Assembly (NCBI RefSeq): GCF_009914755.1
Contig: NC_060939.1
DNA: 64,000 nt
Strand: one strand, 5' to 3'
DNA from: the human T2T-CHM13v2.0 reference genome, Homo sapiens
The notes under the pieces: generated by a model
Told to the model about the DNA's origin: nothing
The model's database searches: none
Seen by the model: only the letters and a program-made list of their open reading frames with translations
Program-made: the position numbers and the translations under genes
Shown: in pieces, positions 12,167-30,410 of the stretch
How the letters are laid out: every line of letters begins with the position of its first letter
How positions within the stretch are numbered: the stretch's first letter is position 1

Positions 12167-13319
12167 ACTTGGTTCAATAATCCATTTTATAAATTGTAAG
12201 GAAAGAGAGGCTGACAAGGTTGAAGTGATCTGTTGACCTATGGCCATATAAGTACTACAGTGATATAGAGGAGCCTGGTCAGTTTAAATAAATATTTATT
12301 TGAGTTCATTTTAAATAGATTGACTTGATGGAATGGCGTTAACATAAGTTTATCAGGCTGAGACCCCTGGAGCTTGTATAAAGAAGTTTTGACATGGTAC
12401 ATCCTCCTTAGATGTGTTTCTGCATCCTTTAAAGATCAGCCATTCAAAACAGAAGCAATTTCATATGTCTAATAAAAGGTTTTGTTTTTAATTTTTAAGA
12501 TAATAAGATCCATTTTCATTTCTATTTTTCCTCCAAAACCTACCCAATTAATTTGTTCAATTTATGTTTAATTCCCTTTACATAACAAATGTTCTCATCT
12601 TTAAATATACTTTCTGAATCTTACAAATCTTTTCAGTTGAAGTAATTGAGAAATGGAATTATGTTCCTGAAAGCCTCATTCAATGAGAGAAACTGTGTAG
12701 GCATGGAGTACTGTTCGGATGACAATTGAGTAAGAAATCTCAACTAGGAAGAGAAGTTTGTGGGTGTATCAATTAGAGATGGTGCCTATAGAAAGATCAA
12801 CTTTGTTATTACTTCAAGTTAAGAGTAAGATTACGCAGCAGAGGCCAAGGTCATATGTGTTACAGAATTCAACCTGGTGGTTCTCCAGCCCAAGGACAGA
12901 TCCAGGCTAGGTACCCAGTGGCCCCACCTGTCATGTAAGGTTCATGCATGCTCAGCTATTTCTGATCTCAATGATTTCTCACTGGACTGTTACCTGAAAC
13001 CTACAAAACAAAGGCATTATTTGAGAATTCCTAAATCATGCAAACATATATATGAAATAATTTAAGAAAATGATTTAATATGTTTATTTTTCATGTGTAG
13101 TCACTGGTTAGACTTTTGCTTTTAACCAACTATTTCTCCTCCATCAGGATTTGACACTGAAAATCTTGCCTTACTAACAGCGAGGTCTGCCATACTCTTG
13201 TTGCTCTGAGACACTTTCGCTGTTTTGACTTCTGCCAGCTTTTGTATATTTCTTATGTGTGCTGCAGCAGGGCTTGTATGCTCTTGGTACTATTGCTCTG
13301 TGCCATTATTTCATACTAT

Positions 13320-13760
13320 TCTAATCATTCATACATTTAGTCATCAAAGATTTTTGAGAACTTGCTATATAAAAGTCTAAGCAGTGAGTATGCACAGCTG
13401 TGAATAAGATTTGGTTCCTGCCCTTGAAAAGATCACAGTCTAGTGGGAAGAAATAGATATTTCATCAAATAAATATATGAACCAGAGAAGAAGGAGCCCA
13501 GAGGAGACAGAAGATAACTCTAGGAGTATTGGGGAAAACTTTACAGGGGAAATTACATTTGATCCAGGACTCAGTGGGCGGGTCTGAGTTTGCCAGAAAG
13601 GAGGAAGGGCATTTCAAATGAAGTGAACAACATATGCAAAAGCTCACAGTAATGAAAGATCATGGAATGTTCTGGAAACAGTTAAGGTTCATTATGACTG
13701 AAGCATAGAGCGAACGACATGAAGTGACAGGAAATAAAGAAGTGGCACAGTTCATTTCAT
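13320..13760 (-). mobile_element. L2 3' fragment
   Basis: ggttcctgcccttgaaaagatcacagtctagtgggaag L2-like core. Confidence 0.55.
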
Positions 13761-14654
13761 GATGAAACATACAGTATTTAGAGGGCAGAATAGTCCATAT
13801 TGCTAAGATCTATGAAGTGAGATGGGGCAGGGGAAAAATAGTATATAAACCACTGATCCGGGTGATTTAGAAGCAGATTCAAATTATTAAGAATAAAATA
13901 AAATAAAAGAACAAGCACTCTTCCCTTCCTAACAAAGGTTCTTCTCACCTTTAGATATATTTTCTGAATCTCTGAATTATTATCTAATTGGTTAGGCTAC
14001 ACCTGACCAACTCTGATTCTCAAAGCGGTATTTACACACAGGATTTTAGGAATATCAGTAATTGGGAAACCATAATGAACTCATGCAGGTTAGCCCTAAT
14101 TCTTAACAGCATGGTCCAAATCCAGTGTATGCCACAGACTTAGCATGATGACCTCAATCGACTTCTTCATACAGGAATAATGAGACCATAATCCATTGCA
14201 AAGCAGCCTTAGCCAAAGCCCAATCACCTCCAGCATGAAAATCCAAACAGAAAATCCACACCTGCAGTTTGTTAGGAAGGATTCGGGCAGAAAAGGAGTG
14301 TTTAACATCCAGCAAATGAATAGGTTTGCTAGGTTGTCTTTTTTTAAAATGTGGCAGATTAAGCATTGAGTTCACCAGAAAAGTCTTTTCTCATGTAAAG
14401 TGGGATGGGAAGACTGGATCTCTAAGCACTGTTGAGCTCTAACGTTGCTGTTAACCTATAGCAAGAGGAAACACTCCACCCTCCTGGTCTATATAGTTCT
14501 CTGCTTATAGGCAGGATGCTGGACAAAATTATCCTTTGTGAGCTTTGCCAGCCCAAAGCCTGTAATGGTGCAGTCTTCTTTCTCTGCAACTCACTGTAGC
14601 CCTAGGTCAGTTAAATTGTTATATGAATGTGTCGTCTTTCTAACTGTTCTACAG

Positions 14655-14782
14655 AATAATTTTGGATGGAACTGGGAAGATACAGATACAGAATCCTACA
14701 AGGAAAGAACAAGGCATATATGAATGTTCTGTAGCTAATCATCTTGGTTCAGATGTGGAAAGTTCTTCTGTGCTGTATGCAG
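14655..14782 (+). CDS. ADAMTSL3: ADAMTSL3 exon 22 (128 nt, phase 2 to 1): end of Ig-like domain 2
   Basis: ttctacag| IILDGTGKIQIQNPTRKEQGIYECSVANHLGSDVESSSVLYA; G|gtaatg. Not in the ORF track. Confidence 0.96.
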
Positions 14783-14799
14783 GTAATGCCCACTGTTGA

Positions 14800-15149
<350 letters not shown>

Positions 15150-15177
15150 GTTTATTTGTTTTTAACATTAAATTCTA

Positions 15178-15365
15178 GAGCAGCAGTTCTCATTAGCAGC
15201 TGTCAGAATCATCTGGAGTGCTTGTTAAAATACAGATTGCTGGACTCCACCCCTAGAAGTTCTGGCTTAGTAGGTTTGGGTTGGAGTCTGAGAATCAGCA
15301 TTTTCAACATGTGCCCAGGTTATGCCAATGCTGCCGGTCTGAGGACCACACTGAAAACAGCTGCT
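15178..15365. mobile_element. MER5A hAT MITE
   Basis: cagaatcatctggagtgcttgttaaaatacagattgctgg...gaggaccacactg. Confidence 0.7.
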
Positions 15366-16410
15366 CAGGAACTCACTTTCTAAGAATCAGGAAATAATGA
15401 GATGGAGTTTAACTGGCAGTGTTGATATTAATGAACTTTGCATTTTTTAAAGTTCCATCAGTCAACAAAAAAGAATAATTATCTTTTATAGATTGCAATT
15501 ACCTCCCAGTGGCATACCTGCCAATCCTGAGAAACACCTCCAGGAAGTTGTAACTATAAAGTAGTGTGAGTCTTCTTGGGAGGTGGACAATGTCATTTGG
15601 ATATTAAAATATGCTTTTATTATAAAGAAACATTTTTAATACTTAGTACTGCCATTGTCCAGCTCAGGCACAAAGTATGCTTCCTGAGTGAGTGAATAAA
15701 TTAATCTGGCAACTAAATATCAAAATCCAAAGAAAATAAACATTTTAAAATGGACGTTTGATTCTTTATGACCTTGTTTGTATTATTTTTGCATGCAAAT
15801 TTTATACATGTATTTGCTTCGTATTAATTAAACGTTAACTTTGCATTTTTCTTGCAGACAGTTCTGCTCCACTTGTAATAACCTCATATGGTCTCATAAA
15901 GTGGGAAGTCAGACATTTTCTCTCTTGAGACTTTCTGCAGTGTAGAGATGTAAATAATGTTTTAAATAGGTCTCCTTGCAATTGATGGTCTTTAAATAGT
16001 CTTTTCTATTTTAGATTGAAATGAGTTTATTTAAGTAGGGTCAGACAGGGCCTCTCTGAACCACACATTGGGTGAGGGAACTGCAGTTGGAAGAGATCTT
16101 CTAACCCAATCATTTTTTTAATGGGATTCAAACTGAAGTCCAGAGAGGGAAGATTTTGCCCAAGCACACATATAGCTTATTAGAAGAGGCTCAACAAGAA
16201 TCGTGGCCTCCTACCTGTCTCATCTTTCTCCAGTACAGCTTTGAATGAGCTCTGAACCGTGGTTACATCCTGGCATCCACATGTCAGCCTGGCTGTGGCA
16301 CCATATTCAGAAAAACTTTATAAGGATTAGGTACCACATTTATATTGAAAATGCCTGTGTACATCTCCTTCTGCACCCCTACACCTTGTGCTTATCGAAA
16401 GAGGAGATAC

Positions 16411-16452
16411 TTCTCATCTTGTACCCAGGTATTTCTCATCTTGTACCCAGGT
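16411..16452. repeat. 22-bp-period tandem duplication
   Basis: ttctcatcttgtacccaggt at 16411-16430 and 16433-16452. Confidence 0.9.
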
Positions 16453-17053
16453 GCAGACCACAGAGTGGACACTTGGTAAATGTTTACATTGGAAAAAACC
16501 TCTTATTACGCTGGGCCCAATGAGGGACAACAGAATGGATCAGGACCTTCTGTCCTGTCTTCATCAACCCCCTCCCCCAGTATCTCACATCCCTCCTTCC
16601 AGAAAAAGAGTCAGGTAGTCCCAAGCCCCAGTGTGTTTTGGCCCTACATTAATTCATTCATGGCTGCACTGCAGAGACATCATTCCTGCTCTGCCTGTCT
16701 TCTTTGCTTCTTATGAGCTTCTGAATTCCTTTTTTTTTCAAATTATCAAAGAGGAATTTATCCTCAATTTTAGTTATAAAACCAAAATATCCTCATAGTC
16801 TATACATACTGTTGTTGCAATGTACCTTTGAATTCATCGAACCATCTATCCATTCATCCATCTGTCCGTATGTCCACTGAGCACCTCCAGGTATGTATGT
16901 GCACATCCCCACGGTGCACCTTGAGGGATACAGAGAGAACCAGGACTCCACTCCTGCCCTCAAAGGGCTCAACAAAGCTTACCAAATGCAATATGTTTTA
17001 CCAAAGAGCAAAAGCCTGAACCTAACATAGTTTCCTGCTCCCTTTGAATTAAG

Positions 17054-17182
17054 AGGCACCTGTCATCTTGTCTGTTGAAAGAAATATCACCAAACCAGAG
17101 CACAACCATCTGTCTGTTGTGGTTGGAGGCATCGTGGAGGCAGCCCTTGGAGCAAACGTGACAATCCGATGTCCTGTAAAAG
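17054..17182 (+). CDS. ADAMTSL3: ADAMTSL3 exon 23 (129 nt, phase 1 to 1): start of Ig-like domain 3
   Basis: ttaag| (E)APVILSVERNITKPEHNHLSVVVGGIVEAALGANVTIRCPVK(G); AAG|gtaagt. Confidence 0.95.
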
Positions 17183-20100
17183 GTAAGTGTGGTCATTTCA
17201 GTGGGAGGCCATTTCAGTGGGAGGTAAGTGTGGCCATCCCAGTGTTGCCAGGAAACACCAGCTGGCATTTTGGTATTCGAGACCTCAGCCTGATAGGCTT
17301 AAAAAAAAGATTTTCCAGCACACTGACAGTGGATCTAACTCTCAAGGGTGAGGTCATACTGGCTCATGAGACCGATGTATAAAACAGAATGCCAAGTTAC
17401 TTGTTTCCAGTGTGGACTGTGACTGCCATGCACACTGGAATGTTCATATTGGCAAGACCAGAACACTCTGTGCCTATGGGTAGATCTACAAAAGAGGCCA
17501 ACTTTTAGTCAGAGGGTTACTTGGTGAATACAAAGTCAGAGGAGGGGATTTGTGGGAAATTGTAAGACATGTCCTCTAGATAGACAAAAGCTACACTTGG
17601 CAAAGCCAGATCGGGGAGCTAGAATGTCCCCTGGCCTAGGCTCTCTTCTGGATTGTCCCTGGGTAAGTGTCAGCAGCCTGTTCCTCAGTGGCTCTTTCTC
17701 CCGTGTTTACAACTGCAGACAAACCTCCTTTCTAATGTTCACACTCTTTCTTTAACAGAATTGACACTTTCAGTCTGACTTTGCCTTAATCTAGGGCCAT
17801 CCTGTCTCATTAAGCCATGGATTCTTAAGTCTTCATCTGGGCCCATGCATCTCTGAACTGTAGATAAATATTATATGCTGCATATACATGTACATTTTAC
17901 AGGGGCCAGGAGAGGTGGGAGTGAGGGGGTTTTGTGAATAGCGTTTTATTGCTTCCTTAGAGAAACTTATGAACTCCTCCAAATTGAGATATACTCTTTT
18001 AAGATGACTTTGCGTATGCCTTTGATTTCCCTAGCTTCCAAGTTCTAATTAGATACCTGTAGTTGCAGCCACCTAAGATGAGTCTTGCCTAGGCTGTGAC
18101 CCTGATTGCCTAGGGTGACAGAGGAGCTTTTGCTGCTGCTCTTAGAAATGCAGTGAGGGTGCATGTAATGAGGGATCCCAGGACACACTTATCCAGCTTT
18201 CAGGCTCTCCCTCCACTGTCATGATCAGTTACTTGCCATGTTTCCAAAGCTGCACCTTTGGCTCTACAAACAGTGGAAATTTGCTAACCCCCAAGATATT
18301 GTTTTTCACCCCTTGGAAATCCCTGCAGTGTTTGGCCTATGCAGACTTTTGAAAAATTGCTCCAGGCTCCCAACTGACTCCACCCACAAATATGTGAGTT
18401 TTCTGGCAAAATACACCCACCATTACAGAAAGGGCCGGCATTCTCTGGCCATAGCAAGGAGAAAAGCAGAACGGAACTCTGCAGATGCCAAGCCACAGAT
18501 GTCTACAGTTTCTACAGCCCTACACCTGCAGAGGATTCTGAAAAATAGATCTGACTTCTATTAAGAGAAACCTCAGCTTTCAACATGACTTCTAAATTTT
18601 TCACTTCCACAATACTTGAAAATCAGGCTTTCAGGGAGATGAGCCATTAAAAGGATTGGAGTGCATTATTTGCTATCGGAAGTCAAAGACTGGATTAGGT
18701 GGAAACTGCAAGTAAAGCCTCCAGCAAAGACCATTAAACTCATCTAGTTTTATTCTCATCCAGGCCCAGTCAGACATGGGCTATCTCTGACCCTCCCCAG
18801 CCCCACAGCCCTCCTGCCCTGTGCTGTGGGGCCATGGGTCTGCAGCACTGCTGCCTAGATGGAGCTCAGCACTGGGAGTACTCATCTCTCCCCTTCCTCC
18901 CTCACCTTTCAGCTCTTACTAGGAATTGTCCCATTTGGCCTTTCTTTATCTGGCAGTCTTCCCCCATGGACTCAGACCCCAGAACTCCTGATGAGTTCTT
19001 TCCTTTTAAAAATAAACCTGCCTCCAAATGCACCACAATCATTTTGAGTTATTTGCCATTTTAAACAAACCTGTAGTGAACTTACAGTGTTTTCTTATGG
19101 GCAGAAGCCATACCTAATGGAGTTTTCTAGGGAAATTCATCTTTTTTAAGACAGATGGTGAAGTTGATGAAGGGTCAGAAAACTTGAGTTTTACAGACAG
19201 TCTTGTCACTAGCTAGTATGTAACCATAGGTGAGTCATATATCTTTCTTCCCTCATCTCTAAAGCAGGGAATATATTATATTAATAGAAGAAGAGACTGT
19301 GGTTATCATCCAATTCAGTTTTTCATCTTATAGATGAGTACATTAAAACATAATTTACAAAATTGAACTCTGCTTTACAAATTACATTTTTATATTGCAA
19401 ATTGGGATTTCTGTAAATCAGTGGCACATATAATTTTTTTATTTGTTTAGTTGCCTTAGACTATTTCCCACTAATTGTAATGAACTTATTTTTATAGACC
19501 CCATAACACATATTCATAGCTTCTAGAGAAGTTCATCTTTTTTTATAGCCAAACATGTTTTGTCAACCCATGTGGTATGGATATCAATAGGGATTATCCC
19601 TAGTCATTCTTAGAGATATTTCTTTTAACTATATTAAATAACAGAACCTAAAAGTCCACATATTTGCCTATTTCTAAAGGTTAAAACTTCTAACTTGCGA
19701 GAGTTATTTGCCTTGCTCTTTAAAAAAAAGTTTTTTTCTGTCCATTTGGGTGGGGGTAATTTAAAGCGCACCTTTTTTGCCACCTTCTGGTAAGAAAGAA
19801 AAGCTCATCTGGGGAAAATCACCAGAAAATATCAGTTGCTGCATGTTTTATTTTCTTTCAGGTTAATGCATAGTAAGAACATTACTTATCCTGTAATTTT
19901 CTGTTGTGTATTACATGTTGTTTATGTTATTCCTTAAGCTCATCAGAGATGCAGCTGACGTGAGTCCCTTCTCTAAAGTGTTTTGTTGTGTGTCACGCTC
20001 CTCTTTAGTCTGTAAGGAACTCTCTTGGCCCATAGATGGTAATGAGTTTGAGCTAGATGGTGATTCCCAAATGAAGGGCACTGGCAAAGCCATCAATGGC

Positions 20101-20481
20101 CCAGCCCTAAGCTTAGAAAATTTCTTAAACACAAGGTGCACTGGACAACTGCTTCTTAGAGCAAACTCAAACTGCCTGGAAAGATTAGAGATGCTTCTAA
20201 ACTAAAACTAAGCTAAAGAATAAAAACATCTTTGAATGCTATTAGAGGACACTGGTGTACATCTCCTTTAGGAGGAAAAATTCTACAACTGTGGATGGCA
20301 CCTGACATCCCACCAGGCAGCTGGGTACATGTAGGTTATACAAAAGACTCTTAAACAATAAATGCAGAAGCAAATAAATCAAGTTTAACACATTCCCAAA
20401 TGAATCTAGTCATGTGGATGACTAAAGGAGAGTTTTTCCCAGGAATGCAAATTTTTTAACACTTAAAAATATCTACTTTAA

Positions 20482-21222
<741 letters not shown>

Positions 21223-21224
21223 AG

Positions 21225-23651
<2,427 letters not shown>

Positions 23652-24142
23652 GGAGAATGGACTTTTTTTTGACATGTGGTTATCAGTTACATTGTTTTGT
23701 TGTTGTTGTTGTTCACCTCCTAGCCCTGTTTCCTGTAAGACCTTGGACCTATCACATAGTTTCCTTGCTCCTTGGTTTTCTGTTATAAAATGAGGAATTA
23801 TGATGGGATGACCAGGAAGACTGTTTCCAGTCCTGAAATTCTATCTTGGACCATTGGTCCTTTGCAGGAATCTGGGACAAAATAAAAGTAAATGTAGAAA
23901 AAGTGCTTGAACTAAGATACCTGGCCAGTCAGGACTTAGAACTGAGTGCCAAGAGTCCTCACCTAGTATTGGGAGGGAATCTAGGAAGAAAAAAAAAAAA
24001 CAAAAAAACTCTCTCAAAATACGTAGACACAATGTCCTTTACAAAGGAGTTCTTGGAGCTGCAATATCAGCCCATGAAAAATCCAGTTACCTATATGATG
24101 ACTTGAAAACTATAGTTGTAGTAAAAAGAAAGGAACTAAATA

Positions 24143-24432
<290 letters not shown>

Positions 24433-26439
24433 TCAAATAATAAAAGAGTCTGTAAATCAATGAAACCAGAATTTGATAAATTTGAAAAAGCCTCTTACTT
24501 ACGTAAAAGCTAATGTTGAAGGTAAAACAAGTTCACTGGGGGGAAAGTAAGTAGAAAGGGTACTTTGAGGGGATTTGAACAGCCTTAGATGGAAATGACT
24601 CAGGTCTTGTTCATGTCCTCATGGCCTCAGAACGCACAGCTCTTTCTAGATGTCTGGATGCCAGCCACAGCCCTGTGTTTCCCAGCCTTGATCAGGCCCC
24701 TTCTTGCCTCCAAAAAGGGATGAAGAATAAACAGGGAAAGAGATTTTCCCTGAGATAACTAGATAAGATCTTACTGAAATAAAATCTTGAGAATTAAATA
24801 TGGAAGGACCTTAGGAATCCATGAGTCCAGCCCTGTTTTGCACACAAGGTCCCCAGAGAAGAGGCTTGACCAAAGTAACAGGCCTAGACAATGGCAAGGC
24901 CAAGTTCCGAACCCAGTTACTGCCTCTGAAGCTAGTGCCCTTTCTGTTCTGAATGCTGCTTTTGTGTGTTTTCTTGTCTCATAAAAAGTAACACATCTCA
25001 TTATAAAATATTTGGAAAGCATAGCAAAGTATCATGAGGCAAAAAAAAATTCCCATAATCCTGTCAAAGACACAACCATTATTTCTATTTTGTTATATTC
25101 CTGTAACCCTTTCTCTAAGTCATGGAATTTTCTCATGTTATTAAAAATTCATAAATATCATTTAATAGCCACACCAGTGTATCATTGTGTGAATGTAGCA
25201 TAAATAAACCCTTCTCTTGTTTTTGGAAACTTAAACCATTTGTACTTCTTTACAGTTCCATACAGCAGTGTAAGAAACCTTCTTATGCATATAACTTTTT
25301 GTGTCATTTGGATTATTTTTTTAAAAAAGAGTAACAGGAATGGAATTGTTAGGTCACAGGACATTCAACATTTTTGTAACTAAATAGGGCATTAAAATTA
25401 AAATGTCTAGAATTCTAAATACATTATCGCCAAATTGCCAGCTAGGAAGTCTGAATCTACTAGCGGGGTATTTTTAAACCCTATCCGCCCCCTGTCATTG
25501 TTGCTGCTCATTGATAGGAGAGAATGAGAAAAGGTAGGTAGAAGTTACAGTTTCCTGATTAATTCCACACGGTGCATGCACAAACAAATGATGGGAAGTG
25601 AGCATCTCACTGGGTCAAAGCAGGGCACTTGGTGCTCCAAGAGGTATGTGGAGGCAAGGAGGCCCTTTGATATCTATGGGAGGATGGTCAGTTTCAGAAG
25701 AAACATATCACATAAACTTAAAAGGATTTTCTTAATCGGGATTTTTTTTAAGGGATAAAATGCTGTGGAATATACCTAAGAATTTTATTGATGTCTAGGC
25801 GAATTATTAACTTTCTTTACTGGGTTTAACAATTACCCTTTCAGGGGAGGATCTTGAGAAAATATTTGTGGTGCAGCAGGATTATGTGGTTAAATTCCTA
25901 AACATGGTCTCATTGCTCTGACAATTATTTTCCCCTATCAACTGCTAGTTTATATTATATAGGGTGGAATTTAATGGTAGTGATTCTCATATGTCTTTAA
26001 GTCATAAATCCCTTTGGCCAAAAAAAAAAAAGAACTATCTCTCCAGAAAAATGTATTTACCCACCAGTTTTTGCATATACTTTTCAGAAGACTTAAAAAG
26101 AAATCTAAGATTATCTGCTTGCTCTTGTTTTATGAACTGGACATTTTGGTGCTTTTGACTATATTCTAAATTACAGTGAATTTATTTCCCCTGATCTGTG
26201 GTTTTTGAAATATATCCTCTCTTCTATACTGTTATCTCTTTTTAAAACTCATATACAATCTTTGAAATAGCTAAAATTGTCATTTTGAAATGTATATTTA
26301 AAATGTCTTTCCCTACTCAAAAAGGCTCCCCTTCCCCTTTTTTCCTTCCTCTGTCTATGATACAGAAATCTTCCCACTATCCTCTCTTAACCCTATATTC
26401 AGTCAAACAGCCAATCATAGATGGTTGGAAATTCCATCC

Positions 26440-26965
26440 ATCTTTTCTTCCCTTCAACAAGCATTCACTAAGCATTTACTAAGCCCAGTCTAGTTCCTTA
26501 GCATGCAGAGATGAATACAATCTGGTTTCTGCAGCTATATAGACAAAGGAATTATGATATGATGTCATAATGCAAAAATAGAAGTGTTTGTGAAGTGTAT
26601 CAGACACATTAAGGAGAGACTAATTAAGGCTTCTAACTAAGGAGTCAGAAAAGGTTTATTAAAAAGATGAATTGCAACCAGCCCACTTGTAACAAAAAGG
26701 AAGGGCATTTTAATCAAAGCAGCATATATGCAAAAGCACGGAAACATGAAAGCACCCTGCTTACTTGCAACATCACAAGCAGATCTGTGTGACTTAAAGC
26801 AGAGGATGTGAAGGGGAGTGGGAAGAGGTAGGTTTGGAAGTGTAAGTGTGGACCAGAATGTGAAGGGCTTTAATGTCATGCTGAAACCGATGGACTTCAT
26901 TTTATTGGCAAAGAGGAGACAAGAAACATTTTGAGCAGGGTAATGGTGTGAACCAATCTGTATTT
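26440..26965 (-). mobile_element. L2 fragment
   Basis: ttcaacaagcattcactaagcatttact 3' end, followed by L2-like body. Confidence 0.55.
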
Positions 26966-28869
26966 CAAAATGGATGAAAAATTAGAGGAGAAAGAAGCTG
27001 CAGAAAGCTGTAAATTGAACGCAACTAAATTGCATCAATGGTCATTGATTGGATTATTGGACCCCAAAAAGCCTGCCAGTCACTCAAGATATTAAGCTGA
27101 CGTTACATGTATCTGATTTATCCAGGAGTCAGCAGACATATCTGGCATTTAGCAACGGATGCGTCATTAATTGAGGGTGTGGGACACAGGTGTCCCGAGG
27201 CTAGGGCTAGGGTGTTGACAAGTAGAGTCATGCATGGAGGGCAGCCATATTGCAAAGAGCTGAGGAGTATGTGCTAATAGGCAGCATGTCAATAAATAAC
27301 ATGTTGGAAAACCATCAAAGCTCATCATCAAAAATAACAATAACTTGAGCTCCTAATGTGTATTGGCTTCAACAGCATACAAAGTGGATATTATATTTGT
27401 TTTGCAGATAAGGAAGCAAACTCAGATACACACAGTTACTTGTCTTTGTTTATGTACCTAATGAGTGTGTATACCAAGATTTAAACCCAATCCTGTGTGA
27501 CTCCAAAGGAGCTAGACAGAGAATGAAACTGTGTTTGAGACAGCAGAATAGGCACCACGCAGGAGGTCTGACCAGAGAGAAGACTGTCAAAGCGAGGTGT
27601 GAGGCAGAACCTAGGAAGTGCTGCAGCCTGGTGACAGAGTGTCATTGGCTTAGGGGTGGGCAACAGGCTCAACCTCCAGGGCTCAACCTCACCTGAGGAC
27701 TGCCCCATGGTATGAGATCCAGGGAGAGTACACTGGGAGCCTGGCCTCTTGCTGGGCCACAAGATGCCAGCCAGTATCAGGCCAAAGGTTGGCCCATTGT
27801 GCTCAACCAGGCACATGACCTTGACACATGCTTCTGCCATCACTGCAGCAGTGGGAAAGAATGTGGCAAATTATGCACTGTCTGGTAGTGACTATGGACT
27901 CCCTCACCTCACCCTTAATATATTTGCCCCAAATCTCTTTGGACTTGTATTTGGATTATTGATTTAGCAGATTAAAAAGACTCATTTATAAAACAATTAT
28001 CTGCTCTTTAAAGATTCACTGAAGCTCTATTTTGAGTGCTTCTTGAAAAAATGATTTTCTTTGCATTTTTTATCAATCTCAGTTTCTCATGTGGTGAAAA
28101 CATGGGCCTGTATACAATCAAGAAGTAGAAAGAAATCTAGAATAAGTTAGCTGGATATGCAATACGAAAAAACAGGAGGGGCCCTTCAAACACCTATCAA
28201 ATTTCAGACTTCATTGCAAAAAACCTTGTGCTTTGGCTTATGGGTCTACATGTATTGAGTGTCGCCATGTCTTGAAGCATTCAAGTACAGCCTTGATGGT
28301 CCAGTCCTATTGTTAACAACACTGCTTTCATCCCCAAAATCTATACCCCATCCCTGTCTTCAGTGCCACCAGTACATTTCTCTGTCCTGAAAACTCCACA
28401 GTCACTCAGCCCCATGTTAATGTTTAACCTATCACATGGTAACAACAGACTGACCCAAAAGGCCCCATATATTGTCATCATGTAGTTCCACATTGTGTGC
28501 CCACCCATTCCCTATCCTCCAAACAACCATGCACCTTTCTTCCATGCACCATCATTAGACCAATGGGTAAACCAATGGTTTTCAGACTATAGATTCCATG
28601 GAGCCTTGTCAAGGACCCAGCCTTCCCCTTCTACCCTACCTGTTCCCCGTCCCCCAACATATAACCCAACCAAAAGACCTCTATGCTTTGCAATTTTATG
28701 AATCGGACTTTCTTATAAAAAAAATTTTAAAGAACTTGTTCTGATACTAATGTTTGAAAGTCATGGATTCCTGTGACCATGGCAGATTCCTACTGCCAAA
28801 AGAACATATGAACACTCCATAATGATATCTTATTTAAGATTTCAAATAGATTTCACCTCCATAATCTCT

Positions 28870-28877
28870 CTTTTTTC

Positions 28878-28911
<34 letters not shown>

Positions 28912-29206
28912 GGCTTAGAGACAGTGCTTCATTCTTGCCCAAGCTGGAGTGCCACTGCAGTGCCATGCAGTGGCATGATCATAGCTCACTGCAGCCTCAA
29001 ACTCCTGTGCTAAGGCGATCCTCCTGCCTTAGCCCCTTGAGACTACAGCCATGCACCACCACATCTGACTAATTTTTTTTTTTCTTGTAGAGACAGAGGT
29101 CTCGCTGTGCTGCCAAGGCTGGTTTAGAACTCCTAGGCTCAAGCAACCCTCCTACCTCAGCCTCCCAAAGTACTGAGATTACAGGTGGGAGCCACGGTGC
29201 CTGGCC
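28870..29206 (-). mobile_element. AluJ
   Basis: Diverged dimer with atcatagctcactgcagcctcaaactcctg. Confidence 0.88.
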
Positions 29207-30410
29207 TCCCACTTTTTCTTGCTTACCATATTTCTGATATTAAGACTCATTTAGCTCCCCTAAGTTTTAACATTAATAAAATGGCCCTGGATCAGTCCTG
29301 TTGAGCCTGTGAGATGGTGCACTAAACACCTGTACAATCCACAGGGCAGGAGCCTCGTATCCTCCTCTGCTCTTGGACAGAAGCTCTTTCCTCAGTGATC
29401 TTCTGAAGTCCAGGCTTCTAAAGAAATGAGTTGCTTTAATTCCATGAGTCTCTGAGTGGTGCCTCCTGGCTGGCCTGTGTTCCCTTGGCTCCTCGTATTG
29501 GTGTCAGAGCAGGAGCCAGAGTGGCTAGTCCGGAGTTTCCCAAACCTGTATGAGATTTGATAGCAATTGGGAAGCTTTTCATACCAGGCAGTAAAAGTGA
29601 AGGGTTTTGAATGCCCTATACCACTCAAATCTACTTATACTGTAAGAAATGCCTTTGCTTGCTCTCTGCCCTCCAAGACTCTCTGCTTTTGGTTCTGTGT
29701 GCTGAGACCCCCAGGCAGCAGCAGAGAGCACAGGACAAGTGTGCAGCATGGAACAGCATCCATTATAAAACACAGGGAACCGTCAGAAGCCCCTGAATGA
29801 CCCACTAGTTCATTCCGGCTGCTATGACCTAACTATGCCTTCACAGCAAGACCGAGAGGCCCACAGCACCCACACAGGGTGGGGACTGAGGGAAAGGGAA
29901 TTTTGTTGGAATTCAACCCCCGGAAATAAGAAAGCATGCAAGCTTCTGAGTACAGTCTGGGAAAACCATGCAGGACCTTGTTAATGGAAGAAAAACACTC
30001 CTTTATGGGAAGAGCCCCATAGGACCTGTGTAGAATTTTGGCCTCTCTAGTAACATCCCAACTTATATAACCCTGTTTTTTTTCTTTTCATTCATTTATT
30101 TCCCCTAGTTATTAATTCAATACCCAGTTATTCATTTTGATGACTGACACATACTACAGTCAGGTCATTTTATTATTTTGGTTAATGTCAGTTCAGGCCT
30201 GGACACCACAACATCTCCCCAGCCCTGCCCTGAGAGATTCTGATTTAATTCATCGGCAGTATGTCCTGAGAACCAAGGATTTTTAAAGCTTCGCCAGAAG
30301 ATTCTAATGTGCAGCCAAGGTTAAGAACCACTGATTTAGCCAGTAAATGGGGCCAAAGAGGTCCCTGGAAATTATCTCAAATATCCTCTCAAAATGAGAG
30401 ACTCTTCCTC

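Noticed and set aside
19700-20220. Repeat-poor stretch with CRE/AP-1-like tgacgtgagtc as an enhancer
   Set aside because: Short motifs alone are not evidence; conservation or chromatin data are needed
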